Part shown: in pieces, positions 8,652-17,713 of the stretch | Position numbering within the stretch: position 1 is the first letter of the stretch | How the letters are laid out: every line of letters starts with the position of its first letter | Assembly: GCA_035623855.1 (NCBI GenBank) | Contig: DASPSQ010000005.1 | Span: forward strand, 2,093-66,092 | Origin: Thermoplasmata archaeon | GTDB taxonomy: Archaea; Thermoplasmatota; Thermoplasmata; Lutacidiplasmatales; UBA184 | Reading direction: 5' to 3' | DNA length: 64,000 nucleotides | Made by a program: the position numbers and the translations under genes | The notes under the pieces: generated by a model | The model's input: only the letters and a program-made list of their open reading frames with translations | Told to the model about the DNA's origin: nothing | Database searches by the model: none

Positions 8652-9404
8652 CACCCAACCCTCGACGCCCGCAAGGGGAACGAACCCCACCTTCTCGAGG
8701 ATCGGCCGGCTTGTCGTGTCGACTGCCTCGACCGTGAGGTATCGAGCCCCGGCCCTCCGGGCGAACTCGGCACGGACGCGCACGAGTTCGTGGTAGATCC
8801 CCCGGCGTTGGAACTTTGGCGCGGTGCCGCCACCGAACAGCCCGGCGAACGATCGGCCGGCGTCGCATTCCACCCGGCCTCCGGCCGCCGGTGACCCGTC
8901 CACGTACGCGACGAACACGCCGAAGTGCGGATCCAGGATTCGACTCCGGATCGACGCGAACGCCGCGGGATGTTCACGACCGAAGGCCGATCGGTCGACG
9001 GCCTCGAGGTCCTCGAGCCCAGCCTCATCCCGGACCTGGCGCACCTCGAGCCCCGGGATCCCGGGTCCCGATGGGATCGTGAAGCTCAGGTCGAAGACCA
9101 TGAGCGTCTCGTGCGGGTTGGGTCGAAATCCGCTCGCGGCAAGGCGTCGGGACAGCTCGTCGAGCCCATCGTGGGAATAGATCTTCCACTCCAACGGTGG
9201 TCCGCCTTCGGTCATCTCGTGGACCTCCGCAATGATCACGTGCACGATTTCGGAAGGACCGGGACGCGAGTAGAGGATCGTACGTTCGGCGGGGCCAACG
9301 AATCGGACCAGCGAACCCACGTTCTCCACCCGATACCCCTCCACGGGGGGAGGATTTCGTCGCATCTCCAGGTCAAAGCTGGCGAGCACAGTATCCCGAT
9401 CCAT
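8577..9404 (-). CDS. GNAT family N-acetyltransferase with an N-terminal extension.
   Basis: The C-terminal segment RRGIYHELVRVRAEFARRAGARYLTVEAVDTTSRPILEKVGF is a typical GNAT acetyl-CoA-binding region. The ATG at 9404 was chosen because the upstream 210 codons of the ORF track overlap the convergent GNAT gene and are Arg-rich. Confidence 0.55.
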   Translation of the reverse strand: MDRDTVLASFDLEMRRNPPPVEGYRVENVGSLVRFVGPAERTILYSRPGPSEIVHVIIAEVHEMTEGGPPLEWKIYSHDGLDELSRRLAASGFRPNPHETLMVFDLSFTIPSGPGIPGLEVRQVRDEAGLEDLEAVDRSAFGREHPAAFASIRSRILDPHFGVFVAYVDGSPAAGGRVECDAGRSFAGLFGGGTAPKFQRRGIYHELVRVRAEFARRAGARYLTVEAVDTTSRPILEKVGFVPLAGVEGWVLDSARDFRPPDEDLSASRTDRPTH

Positions 9405-9482
9405 CGGGGGTCCGACATAACGGGGGGGATATGAGGCGTGGGAGCTCGTCAAGGGTATGGCATCGGTGAGTGTGACGCTCGT

Positions 9483-10019
9483 ATGGGATTCGCCAAGCAC
9501 TCCGATTCCGATCCGTATTTTCTCCTCACGGAGCGACTTGGCTTCCGCTGTTGGTCGCTCGCCGATCTCCCCCTCGCGCGGTCTCTCTGGGGAGACGCTC
9601 GAGTGACGCGACTCATTGGCGGCCCGTTCTCCCCAGAAGCGATTCAGGACCGACTCGGGCGCGAGATCGAGACGATGCGTCTGCACGGGGTCCAGTACTG
9701 GCCGCTCTTCTTCCTCCCGACCGGAGAATTTGTTGGCGCAGCCGGACTGCGGCCCGACGATGGCGAACCACGAATCTACGAGCTTGGAGTCCACCTCCGG
9801 CCCGCCTTTTGGGGCCAGGGATTGGCCGCGGAGGCCGGCGGGGCCGTGATTCGATACGCGTTTGAACGGCTCCAGGCGAGAGGACTCGTCGCGGGCCACC
9901 ACCCAGAGAACGCTGCCTCCGGCCGAGTGCTGGAGAAGCTCGGGTTTCGCCGCGTCGGCCTCAAGTTCTATCCTCCGACCGGCTTGGACCACCCCTCCTA
10001 CCGACTGGATCCACCTTGA
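9483..10019 (+). CDS. GNAT family N-acetyltransferase, RimJ/RimL-like.
   Basis: Contains LLTERLGFRCW…YELGVHLRPAFWGQGLAAEA…HPENAASGRVLEKLGFRRVG. The track starts at 9438, but the internal ATG at 9483 gives a typical N-terminus. Confidence 0.6.
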   Translation: MGFAKHSDSDPYFLLTERLGFRCWSLADLPLARSLWGDARVTRLIGGPFSPEAIQDRLGREIETMRLHGVQYWPLFFLPTGEFVGAAGLRPDDGEPRIYELGVHLRPAFWGQGLAAEAGGAVIRYAFERLQARGLVAGHHPENAASGRVLEKLGFRRVGLKFYPPTGLDHPSYRLDPP

Positions 10020-10125
10020 GCCCAACCCATTGAGCCACCCCAAGGCTGGGGGGCCGGCTCCTCCCTTTCTCCCGCCGCATTAAGAGCCCGAGCGGCTGTC
10101 CGACGGGTGACGGGGGACCGATCCG

Positions 10126-10665
10126 GTGGCGGTCGAATCGAAACTCGGGGTGCGAATCGAACGCGACGCTCCCACCCGACTTCTTCCCTTTGAGAGATTC
10201 TTCCGAGGATTCCGCGACGTGCCCGCGATCCGGAAATTGTTCGGTCGGGAGGTGGACCATGTTCTGCGAAACCTCAAGGTGGAGTTTTTTTCGGCTCGAT
10301 TCGGATACATGGGGACGAGTGACGTCGATGGTCACCTGCTCGTGAGCACCCACCATCTGCACGACAGCGACTTTCGGACCCTCTACCTGGACGTGGTCCA
10401 CGAACTCTGTCACGTGGCCCAGTTCCGCAAGGGGAAACCGCTATTCTACCCGCGCTTGAACTACGTGGACGCTCCGTCCGAGATCGAGGCGTACCGGTTC
10501 ACGGTCCGGGAAGGTCGGCGAATCGCTATGACGGACCGACAGCTGATCGACTACCTCAAGGTAGAGTGGATCGACGACAAGGACCACCGCCGACTCGCGC
10601 GCCGCATGGGTCTCCTAGGAAAGGCTCGTCGCTCGCGCGCCCATCGGAGTCGCCTGCGCCGGTGA
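10126..10665 (+). CDS. Hypothetical protein with a HExxH motif; possibly a zinc metallopeptidase.
   Basis: The only recognisable signature is VVHELCHVAQF, and there is no other recognisable domain. The C-terminus is basic. Confidence 0.4.
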   Translation: MAVESKLGVRIERDAPTRLLPFERFFRGFRDVPAIRKLFGREVDHVLRNLKVEFFSARFGYMGTSDVDGHLLVSTHHLHDSDFRTLYLDVVHELCHVAQFRKGKPLFYPRLNYVDAPSEIEAYRFTVREGRRIAMTDRQLIDYLKVEWIDDKDHRRLARRMGLLGKARRSRAHRSRLRR

Positions 10666-10716
10666 GTTTCCTCCGGTACAACCGCCCACACTCCGTCCGG
10701 TCGCGTGGGCTCTCCT

Positions 10717-11172
10717 CTATCCGGAACGGGATGCCGGAGAGGGGGGAGGGGGGATTTCCCCCGGGTTGGTTTCCTTCTCGAACTCGTGCTCCTCCCACAT
10801 GTCGTAGGCGATCGCCACCGCGGCCATCTGGGTGATGATGGCCAGGGCGAACACCACGTGGAAGAACAGGATCACTTGGAAAATCGAGAGTCCAAGGATC
10901 GTAAAGGTCGAACCGACGTTGAACTCCAGCAGCAGTCCGAGGAACACCATCAGGATCGAAAACGCGAGGGTGACTCCTGCGATCCGTTTGACACGTCCAG
11001 GAACTCGGGTCACGACGAGATGTGTTCGGTTGGAATACGCAATCCCGACGATCAAGAGTCCCAGGACGAGGTGCACGTAGGGCACGATGAACGGCGGGTT
11101 CGGCCAGAGCCCCAGGAGGATTTCGAGAACAACGACCCAGATTGCGCCGTACAACGCGCTCCAGAGTCTCAT
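10717..11172 (-). CDS. Hypothetical integral membrane protein with 4 predicted TM helices.
   Basis: Four ~20-residue hydrophobic segments with short loops and an acidic, Pro-rich C-terminus. Confidence 0.5.
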   Translation of the reverse strand: MRLWSALYGAIWVVVLEILLGLWPNPPFIVPYVHLVLGLLIVGIAYSNRTHLVVTRVPGRVKRIAGVTLAFSILMVFLGLLLEFNVGSTFTILGLSIFQVILFFHVVFALAIITQMAAVAIAYDMWEEHEFEKETNPGEIPPPPSPASRSG

Positions 11173-11365
11173 TCGGATCGCTTCTCCCAGACCTCAGCCA
11201 GCCGGTGGTGCGGATTCTCAACAAACCACGTCCTCTCGAGCTATCTGGGATACGTCAATCGGAATCTACCGACCTGCGGAAGCGAGTCGCTCTTTGGACG
11301 TCGGGCGAGCCGGGCGGGCCTCGGACGACACCCGTATGGGGGCGGGCGGCTCTCGACCGCCGGCC

Positions 11366-12169
11366 ATGGAGCCGGTGGACGACGCCACTGCGCGGGAACT
11401 TGGGGAAACCCTGCCGGATGGGCCTCTGACCTTCGACTCTCGCTGCCTTCTCCTTCGCGGACTCGGAGACGCGTGGGTCGCGGGTCCGGTTCCCTCCTTC
11501 CGGGCAGCGATCATCCGGGATCGTTCCCAGCCCCGAGAACCTCGCGCATTTGGAGTGGATCCTCTCGAGATCTGGTCCATTCTCCGCGGGATCCAGGGCT
11601 GGGATTGTGTGAATTGCCCGACCGAGCTCGCAGGTCCATTGGCCGACGTACTCGGTCGCGAGATCTCACTCCCGACCAAACGGGTCGCGGACGTCTATCT
11701 CGTGCTCGAAGGACCGCCGGTGCGGTACGAACATCCTTGGGTGCGACGGCTCTCGGAGGACGACGTGGAACTGTTTGACGGCGCCCCCGAACCTCTCCGG
11801 CCCCTGGGGTACTCCTCCACTCTCGCTGCTCTCTCCGGAGGCATCGTGGCCGGGGCGGTGGCGGACAAGAAACTCCGGGGGATCGTCTCGATGACCGCTT
11901 CGTCGGAGACATACGCGAACCTCGCTGCCCATACCCTCGAGCCCTGGAGGCGCCAGGGCATCGGTACCGCCGCGACCTACCTCGTGGCCCGCGAGGCGCA
12001 GCTCCGGGGCCTCGACCCGGTGTGGAGTGCCGGGGAGGATAATCCCGCATCCTTGGGAGTCGCGCGGAAGCTCGGATTCCAGGAGGTCGGTCGAAGGGCG
12101 TACGTGGTAGTTCCCGGTCTTCAGAGAATCGGCGGGTTTCACCCTCCGTCGGACGCCAGGGATGCGTAG
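11366..12169 (+). CDS. GNAT family N-acetyltransferase (C-terminal GNAT domain).
   Basis: Contains WRRQGIGTAATYLVAREAQLRGLDPVWSAGEDNPASLGVARKLGF. The ORF track starts at 11087 and overlaps the convergent membrane gene, so the internal ATG at 11366 is preferred. Confidence 0.5.
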   Translation: MEPVDDATARELGETLPDGPLTFDSRCLLLRGLGDAWVAGPVPSFRAAIIRDRSQPREPRAFGVDPLEIWSILRGIQGWDCVNCPTELAGPLADVLGREISLPTKRVADVYLVLEGPPVRYEHPWVRRLSEDDVELFDGAPEPLRPLGYSSTLAALSGGIVAGAVADKKLRGIVSMTASSETYANLAAHTLEPWRRQGIGTAATYLVAREAQLRGLDPVWSAGEDNPASLGVARKLGFQEVGRRAYVVVPGLQRIGGFHPPSDARDA

Positions 12170-12213
12170 TCTTCTGGACTCGCCCCGTTCCCAAGCAACG
12201 GGCGAGTCCGTCG

Positions 12214-12828
12214 TCACGCTCGGAACCCGTACAGTCCGAGTTCCGCACGGCGGACCGGAGCGGTGCCCCTTCGGCGGGCCCGCCATCGAAGGGCCGCGCA
12301 CAGTCCCCCACCGGGACCGTGATCGGCGATCGCGACTCCCCCCGGCGGAAGGCGGGGATCGAGCCGACGGAACTCCCCGCGCGTCTCATCGTCGTCGTGG
12401 GGAACATCGTACACGAGGAGATCGATCCGTTCAAGTTCCTCGGTGAGAAGCGGAAGTACGTTTCGCTTGTTCCCGATCCGCAGGTCCCATCGCCGTCGCA
12501 ACGGGGCGGGGACCGCCCACCCCGACGCCCGACCTGGAGGGAGGGACCAGGACGCTTGCGGTCGGCGATGCTTCGACCGGCTCGGCCGTTCGAGCTTGGG
12601 AAGGTCGATGGAATGGAGCGTCCTGCGATTGTTGCGTTCAAGGGCCTGCAGGAGGTACGCCGACGATACTCCGGAGGAAACGCCCACCTCGATCAGGTGG
12701 GCGGGTCGCAGAAGTCGAACGAGTGCGTAGAGTTCGAAGGGAGCGTCGATCTCCACGTACGATTCGCGGCCTTCGGATTCGTGCTCGCGGCGCAGGTGCG
12801 AAAAGAGCCGCCGCTCGTGCCGATTCAC
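12214..12828 (-). CDS. Class I SAM-dependent methyltransferase (CmcI/TylF-like fold).
   Basis: A glycine-rich SAM motif LIEVGVSSGVSSAYL is followed by an acidic IDLLVYDVPHDDD motif. Confidence 0.5.
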   Translation of the reverse strand: MNRHERRLFSHLRREHESEGRESYVEIDAPFELYALVRLLRPAHLIEVGVSSGVSSAYLLQALERNNRRTLHSIDLPKLERPSRSKHRRPQASWSLPPGRASGWAVPAPLRRRWDLRIGNKRNVLPLLTEELERIDLLVYDVPHDDDETRGEFRRLDPRLPPGGVAIADHGPGGGLCAALRWRARRRGTAPVRRAELGLYGFRA

Positions 12829-12848
12829 GGGAACGTTCGGGGGCAGTC

Positions 12849-12856
12849 GTTATATC
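12849..12856. promoter_or_regulatory. AT-rich island (gttatatcgaattctattcatg) holding overlapping TATA-like elements for divergent transcription of the methyltransferase gene (minus) and the padR–ABC operon (plus).
   Basis: TTATAT sits 26-31 nt upstream of the padR ATG (12881), so the mRNA is probably leaderless. The reverse complement, GATATAA, sits ~25 nt upstream of the methyltransferase start (12828). This is the only strongly AT-rich stretch in several kb. Confidence 0.4.
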
Positions 12857-12880
12857 GAATTCTATTCATGTACCGTTACA

Positions 12881-13438
12881 ATGGTCGAACGCGGGCGACC
12901 CGGGCCGATGCCCGGGCGGATTCTCGGATTCTACGCGCTCTCCGTGATGGACGCAGAGGGACCACTCTACGGCTACATGCTCGCCGAGCGAGTCGCGGAT
13001 CGGACCGACGGGGCATGGCGCCCCGGAGCTGGAGCCATTTACCCGGCCCTCGAAGCGCTGACACGACGAAAACTGGCTCGGTCGACCTCGGAAGGTCGTC
13101 GACGTGTCTATCGCATTACCCCGGAGGGTCGGTCGGTCCTCCGAGAAGTCCGCAGGAACATGGCGTGGAGATTCCGCGGGGGACTGGACTTGAGTCGATT
13201 GTGGTCCGAGATTGCCGGCCTCGGGGACCCGGGGCGGTTCCTCATCGACAACGTGCGACACCGTCTCGACTCGGTGGTGAGCTACTTCGCCCGGAACGAC
13301 CGCATGAACCGGGAGACCCGAGCGTTGCGCGAGCAGTTCCGCGAAGAGCTCCGACTCGCCGAGATTCGGCTTCGGGCCGGGGAGACAGCTCGCCCCCGTC
13401 CTCGCGGCGGGCGGAACCGCAGGGGGGTGGGAGCGTGA
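12881..13438 (+). CDS. PadR family transcriptional regulator.
   Basis: Winged-helix PadR signature GYMLAERVADRTDGAWRPGAGAIYPALEALTRRKLA…RRRVYRITPEGR. The TGA stop overlaps the GTG start of the downstream ABC ATPase (GTGA). Confidence 0.7.
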   Translation: MVERGRPGPMPGRILGFYALSVMDAEGPLYGYMLAERVADRTDGAWRPGAGAIYPALEALTRRKLARSTSEGRRRVYRITPEGRSVLREVRRNMAWRFRGGLDLSRLWSEIAGLGDPGRFLIDNVRHRLDSVVSYFARNDRMNRETRALREQFREELRLAEIRLRAGETARPRPRGGRNRRGVGA

Positions 13439-14433
13439 ACGATGGGGTGGCGATCGAGACTCAGGACCTCTCGAAACGGTACGGTTCGACGACGAATGGT
13501 GTTCTCGCCCTCGACCGGGTGAATCTCTCCATCACGAAGGGCAGCGTCTTCGGCCTACTCGGACCAAACGGAGCCGGGAAGACCACGCTGATCAAAGTCC
13601 TGACCGGGATCAGCGACATCACCTCCGGGAATGCTAAGGTGGCGGGGTTTGACGTGCGCCGCGAGTCGCTCAAGGTACGCGCACGAATCGGATGGGTCGC
13701 GGCGGAGGTCATCCTCGACGACGACTTCAGCGCTTGGGAGAACCTCTGGCTCCAGGCCAAACTCCAGAACCTCACCGAATGGGAGGACCGAGCGCGGCAG
13801 CTCCTTCAGTACTTCTCGCTGCTCGACCGGAAGGACGAGCGCGTCAACCAGTACTCGACCGGCATGCGGAAGAAGCTCGAGATCGCGCTCGCCCTGCTTC
13901 ACCAGCCCGAGGTGATCTTCATGGACGAACCGACGATCGGGCTCGACGTCGGGACGCGCCGCATGCTCTGGGACATCGTCACCGGCGTCCACAAGGAGTT
14001 CGGGGTCACGGTGCTCCTCACGACGCACTACATCGAAGAGGCCGACGCACTCTGCGACCGGGTGGCCATCATCGACCAGGGTCGGATCATTGCCGAGGGA
14101 ACCCCCTCCGAGCTCAAAGCTCGTGTCAAAGCCGACCTCGTGCAGCTCGAAACCTCCGACGCATTCGATGTCAAGACCCTCCAGGCGATTGCCGGGGTCC
14201 AGGAGGTCCGCGCCCAAGGGAACGACTGGGTGATCCGCGTGGGATCCTCGGAAGAGTTCCTCCCCCGACTCCTTCGCACGATTCCGACGGAGCACATCCG
14301 GCGGATCAGCGTTGAAAAGCCAAGCCTCGAGATGGTCTTCCTGGACCTGACCGGGCGACGGATCGGCCAGGAGGAGGAGCCGATGCGGGACATCCGGAAG
14401 TTCTACATGCAGATGCGGAGGGCACGGCAATGA
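13435..14433 (+). CDS. ABC transporter ATP-binding protein.
   Basis: Walker A GPNGAGKTT, ABC signature YSTGMRKKLEIA, Walker B VIFMDEPTIGLD and H-loop TTHYIEE are all present. The GTG start at 13435 is in frame; the upstream 1.1 kb of the track ORF is shadow. Confidence 0.85.
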   Translation: MNDGVAIETQDLSKRYGSTTNGVLALDRVNLSITKGSVFGLLGPNGAGKTTLIKVLTGISDITSGNAKVAGFDVRRESLKVRARIGWVAAEVILDDDFSAWENLWLQAKLQNLTEWEDRARQLLQYFSLLDRKDERVNQYSTGMRKKLEIALALLHQPEVIFMDEPTIGLDVGTRRMLWDIVTGVHKEFGVTVLLTTHYIEEADALCDRVAIIDQGRIIAEGTPSELKARVKADLVQLETSDAFDVKTLQAIAGVQEVRAQGNDWVIRVGSSEEFLPRLLRTIPTEHIRRISVEKPSLEMVFLDLTGRRIGQEEEPMRDIRKFYMQMRRARQ

Positions 14434-15197
14434 GGAGTCAGTTTTGGGGCCTCTACGTGCGGGAAGTTCTCCGGACGTTCCGCAACCCGCTCGTCCTCTT
14501 GATCACGGTCGTGCAACCGTTCATGTGGCTCGCATTCTTCGGATCGAGCTTTGGCGCCGTGCCGAAGCAGGAGCTGGAGGCTCTGTTCGGCACGAGCAAC
14601 TACGTCCAGTTCCTGCTCCCGGGCGTGCTCTCGACGTCGATGCTCACCGTCGGGATGTTCGGGGCGATGAGCACGATTCAGGACAAGCGATTCGGATTCA
14701 TGAAGCGCATCTTGATCACCCCGACCTCGAAGGAGGTGATCTTCCTGTCGAAGGCGCTCGGCTCGGCCACGCGGGGACTCGTCCAGATCCCGGTCATGGT
14801 TGCGGCCGCGCTCGTGTTTGGCGTGCGGTTCGGGCTCAGTCCGCTCGAGTGGGCCGCATGGCTCCTCGCACTCCTCTGCCTCGCCATCGGGTTCTCAAGC
14901 GTCTTTCTCGCGGTGACCGCCTCGTCGACGGACTGGCAGACTCCGGGGGTCATCTCGAACTTCATCACGATGCCCTTGATGTTCGCGAGCAGCGCCCTCT
15001 TCTCGTCCTCCCAGTTCCCGTCGTGGATGCAGGCGATCGCGAAAGTCAATCCGGTCTCCTTCACGGCCCTCCTCGGCCGCAGTTTCGTGCTCGGGCGCGT
15101 GGTCGACTGGTCGTACCTCGGATACCTCGTGATCTTCGCGGTCGTGATGATCACGATCGGGTACTTCGTCTCCGCCCGGTGGCTCAAGGTGGAGTGA
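14430..15197 (+). CDS. ABC-2 type transporter permease.
   Basis: Six hydrophobic helices with an ABC-2 family layout. The ATG overlaps the ATPase stop (ATGA). Confidence 0.8.
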   Translation: MRSQFWGLYVREVLRTFRNPLVLLITVVQPFMWLAFFGSSFGAVPKQELEALFGTSNYVQFLLPGVLSTSMLTVGMFGAMSTIQDKRFGFMKRILITPTSKEVIFLSKALGSATRGLVQIPVMVAAALVFGVRFGLSPLEWAAWLLALLCLAIGFSSVFLAVTASSTDWQTPGVISNFITMPLMFASSALFSSSQFPSWMQAIAKVNPVSFTALLGRSFVLGRVVDWSYLGYLVIFAVVMITIGYFVSARWLKVE

Positions 15198-17598
15198 CGG
15201 GGGAGGCGGCGTCCACTCGGTAATCCCGTCCTTCCCACCGGCCCGCGAACGGCCAGTAGAAGGTGAACGTCCAGCTGCGGTCGACCGAGCCGAGGGGGGC
15301 CAGGTCCGCGTAGTGGAGCCCGATCCCGGTCTCGATCGAATCGAGATCGGACGTCGTCCCCCACGCGTCGTCGCTCGCGTGGAGTCGGAACGGCTGGCTC
15401 GCAATCACGCGCAGGGCCGCCTCCGGATCGACCACGCTGGGTTGTCGGGCGAACGTCCAGACCTCCCGAGCCGGCCGGTGGATCCGGCTTTCCCGGTAGC
15501 GCTCAGCGACCTCTGGGATCAGGTCGAAGACCTTTCGGTCCGCAGCCGATCTCAGGAGAGAAACGTACTCGGCGTGGGCCCAGAGGAGGGGCATGGCGGC
15601 CTCGGTCGGCCGACCGATCTCGAGGTGGATGGACGGCCGGTCGAGGGAGTCCCAGACCTGCTCGGACAGGAGTCCCGTCGAGGTCGCGAACCGCTCCATC
15701 GCCCGCAGATACGGGCCCGGGTCGTTCCCGAGCGCGAGCTCGTAGTGGCCCCGCTCGCCGGTGAGGAGCGGCCAGAGCCGGCCGATCCCCCAGTCCGCAT
15801 ACGGCCCGCCGTCCTCGCGCTCGCCGTAGCCATCGTGATTGTAGCGGTACCAGGCGGGGCCGAACGGCGTGTCGACGCGCAGGACCCGATCGACCACGTC
15901 GACGGAGTCGACGATGACCGTGTCGTTCGGACGACGGATCCCGAATCGAACGAGGTCGAGAAACCCGCTATCCACGATTTCGGAAGCAGGGAAGGTCGCC
16001 GAGGCGCCGGGAGGGACGTTCGGTAGCCGGACCCAGCCGAGGTCCGGCCCCTCGTCCGGGGTCGGATCGTCCACCGCCGCCGGTCGGACCCGGACGTAAT
16101 GGCGGGTGGTTCCCGGAACGAGGGTTCCCCGCTCGGTCACGGTCCAACGCTCGACGTGCGACTCGAGGAAGTCCGCGTACTCCTGGATGAAGTTCGCAGT
16201 ACGCGAATCGGAATGAAGTCGCGTAATGTGGGCCGCCGCCGTGAGCGCCGCGATGCTGGCCGCGAGCGTGGAGGGCGAGAACCCTCCGACCTCCTCCCAG
16301 CGGTCCTCCTGGGTCACGGGTCCGCGCTCGATGAGGAATCGCGCGGCACGCCGCACCATGGGAAACGGGTCGAACCCATCGAGCGCGCCGGCATGCCACA
16401 GGTGCCAGGAGAGCAGGATCGGCAATGCCACCTCGTCCAGTTGGACCCCCTGCCAGTACGGCGTACCGTCGACCCAGAAGTTCTGAGGAAATCCCCCGTC
16501 CGCGCGCTGACGGGTCGCGAGATAGACCAGAGCGCGTCGCGCCGGGTCCGGGTGCCCCGAGGCCAAGAGGGCGAGAGCCGAATGGACCATGTCCCGGGTC
16601 CAGACGAGATGGTATCCTCCGCGTTCCTCGTCCGACTTCGCCGCCCCCCACGGGATCGAGAGCGAGGCGATGAATGCGCCCGGAAAGATCTTGTCCTCGT
16701 GGGCGAGGAGGATCGACCGGCTGCCGCGGTAGAGCCGACCGCCGTCGTGCGAGTTCGCGCCGAGCGGGAGCTCGCTCGTCACAGGGCGGTTCCACTGGTC
16801 GACGAAGCGCCGGCGGTGGTTCTCGAACGGGGTGCTCAACGATTGGAACAACGAGGTCACCGCCGCGGCGACCGATTCGCCGAACGCGAGTCCGAGGGTA
16901 AACTGGGTCCGGCGGTGGACGGGTAACTCCCCGACGAGGGCGACGTTCCCATTCGGAGCCTGGTCAAACTCCCAGGTGAGCGCCCGATGCTGCGAGAGAT
17001 CCGTCCACGCGTCACTCGCCCCGACGTACCCCACCGACGCGCGGAGGAACGGCACGCTGGCCCCCAGCGCCACCGCGACCCCGTTCCGTTCCGCGGCCAG
17101 GATCGGCTGGCCCAGTACTTCGTACACCGCAGCGTTGTTCCCCCAGCCGCCACCATCGAGGTGGGGTGCGGCGAGCGCGAACAGCCGCAACTCCCGCTCG
17201 GGCCTGGTCCGCCGGAGCTCGAACCGGGTGTTCAATAGAAGGCAGGGAAGGTGCGGGTCCGAGAGGACGGTCTTGTGGATGCGGTACCGTCCCTCGGGAT
17301 CATCGCTCGTCACCTGATAGACGAGCGCGTGGTCCGTCGGCCGTTCCGTCACCGGAAGGAGGTGGCGCTTCTCCTCGTGGAAGAACGTCGCCCCATCCGT
17401 GACAAGGTACTCGAGGTCCCGGAGCTGAGGTCGGTCGATCCGAGGGTAATACGCCTCGGTGACGATCCCTCGCCACAGGGTATACCAGAGGCGCGAATCC
17501 GCCGAGTACGCGGTCCCCACCCCGTCCTTGTTACTGTGGGACCAGCGAGGCTCGATTCCCGGGCCGCCGAACGCGACACGGTCGCCGCGAGTATCCAT
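15184..17598 (-). CDS. Glucoamylase / glucodextranase (glycoside hydrolase family 15).
   Basis: GH15 catalytic-domain motifs are present (GGYHLVWTRDMVHSALALLASG, (alpha/alpha)6 barrel region) together with the N-terminal beta-sandwich of bacterial/archaeal glucoamylases. The ATG at 17598 (MDTRGDRVAFGGPGIEPRW) is preferred over the track start at 17826. Confidence 0.8.
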   Translation of the reverse strand: MDTRGDRVAFGGPGIEPRWSHSNKDGVGTAYSADSRLWYTLWRGIVTEAYYPRIDRPQLRDLEYLVTDGATFFHEEKRHLLPVTERPTDHALVYQVTSDDPEGRYRIHKTVLSDPHLPCLLLNTRFELRRTRPERELRLFALAAPHLDGGGWGNNAAVYEVLGQPILAAERNGVAVALGASVPFLRASVGYVGASDAWTDLSQHRALTWEFDQAPNGNVALVGELPVHRRTQFTLGLAFGESVAAAVTSLFQSLSTPFENHRRRFVDQWNRPVTSELPLGANSHDGGRLYRGSRSILLAHEDKIFPGAFIASLSIPWGAAKSDEERGGYHLVWTRDMVHSALALLASGHPDPARRALVYLATRQRADGGFPQNFWVDGTPYWQGVQLDEVALPILLSWHLWHAGALDGFDPFPMVRRAARFLIERGPVTQEDRWEEVGGFSPSTLAASIAALTAAAHITRLHSDSRTANFIQEYADFLESHVERWTVTERGTLVPGTTRHYVRVRPAAVDDPTPDEGPDLGWVRLPNVPPGASATFPASEIVDSGFLDLVRFGIRRPNDTVIVDSVDVVDRVLRVDTPFGPAWYRYNHDGYGEREDGGPYADWGIGRLWPLLTGERGHYELALGNDPGPYLRAMERFATSTGLLSEQVWDSLDRPSIHLEIGRPTEAAMPLLWAHAEYVSLLRSAADRKVFDLIPEVAERYRESRIHRPAREVWTFARQPSVVDPEAALRVIASQPFRLHASDDAWGTTSDLDSIETGIGLHYADLAPLGSVDRSWTFTFYWPFAGRWEGRDYRVDAASPVTPP

Positions 17599-17713
17599 CG
17601 TTCTTGGGCCTCCGCGCGATCCAGTGGATGGGAATCCAAGCTTGAGGTTTCTCGGTGGGAGTTCCACCCCAAACGTCCGCCGTGCTTTTCTCGCTCTCCG
17701 ATTGTCGGTTCGC

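Noticed and set aside
12319-13434. N-terminal ~370 codons of the 704-aa plus-strand ORF containing the ABC ATPase.
   Set aside because: It overlaps PadR (another frame) and the minus-strand methyltransferase. The ABC domain starts at the GTG at 13435.
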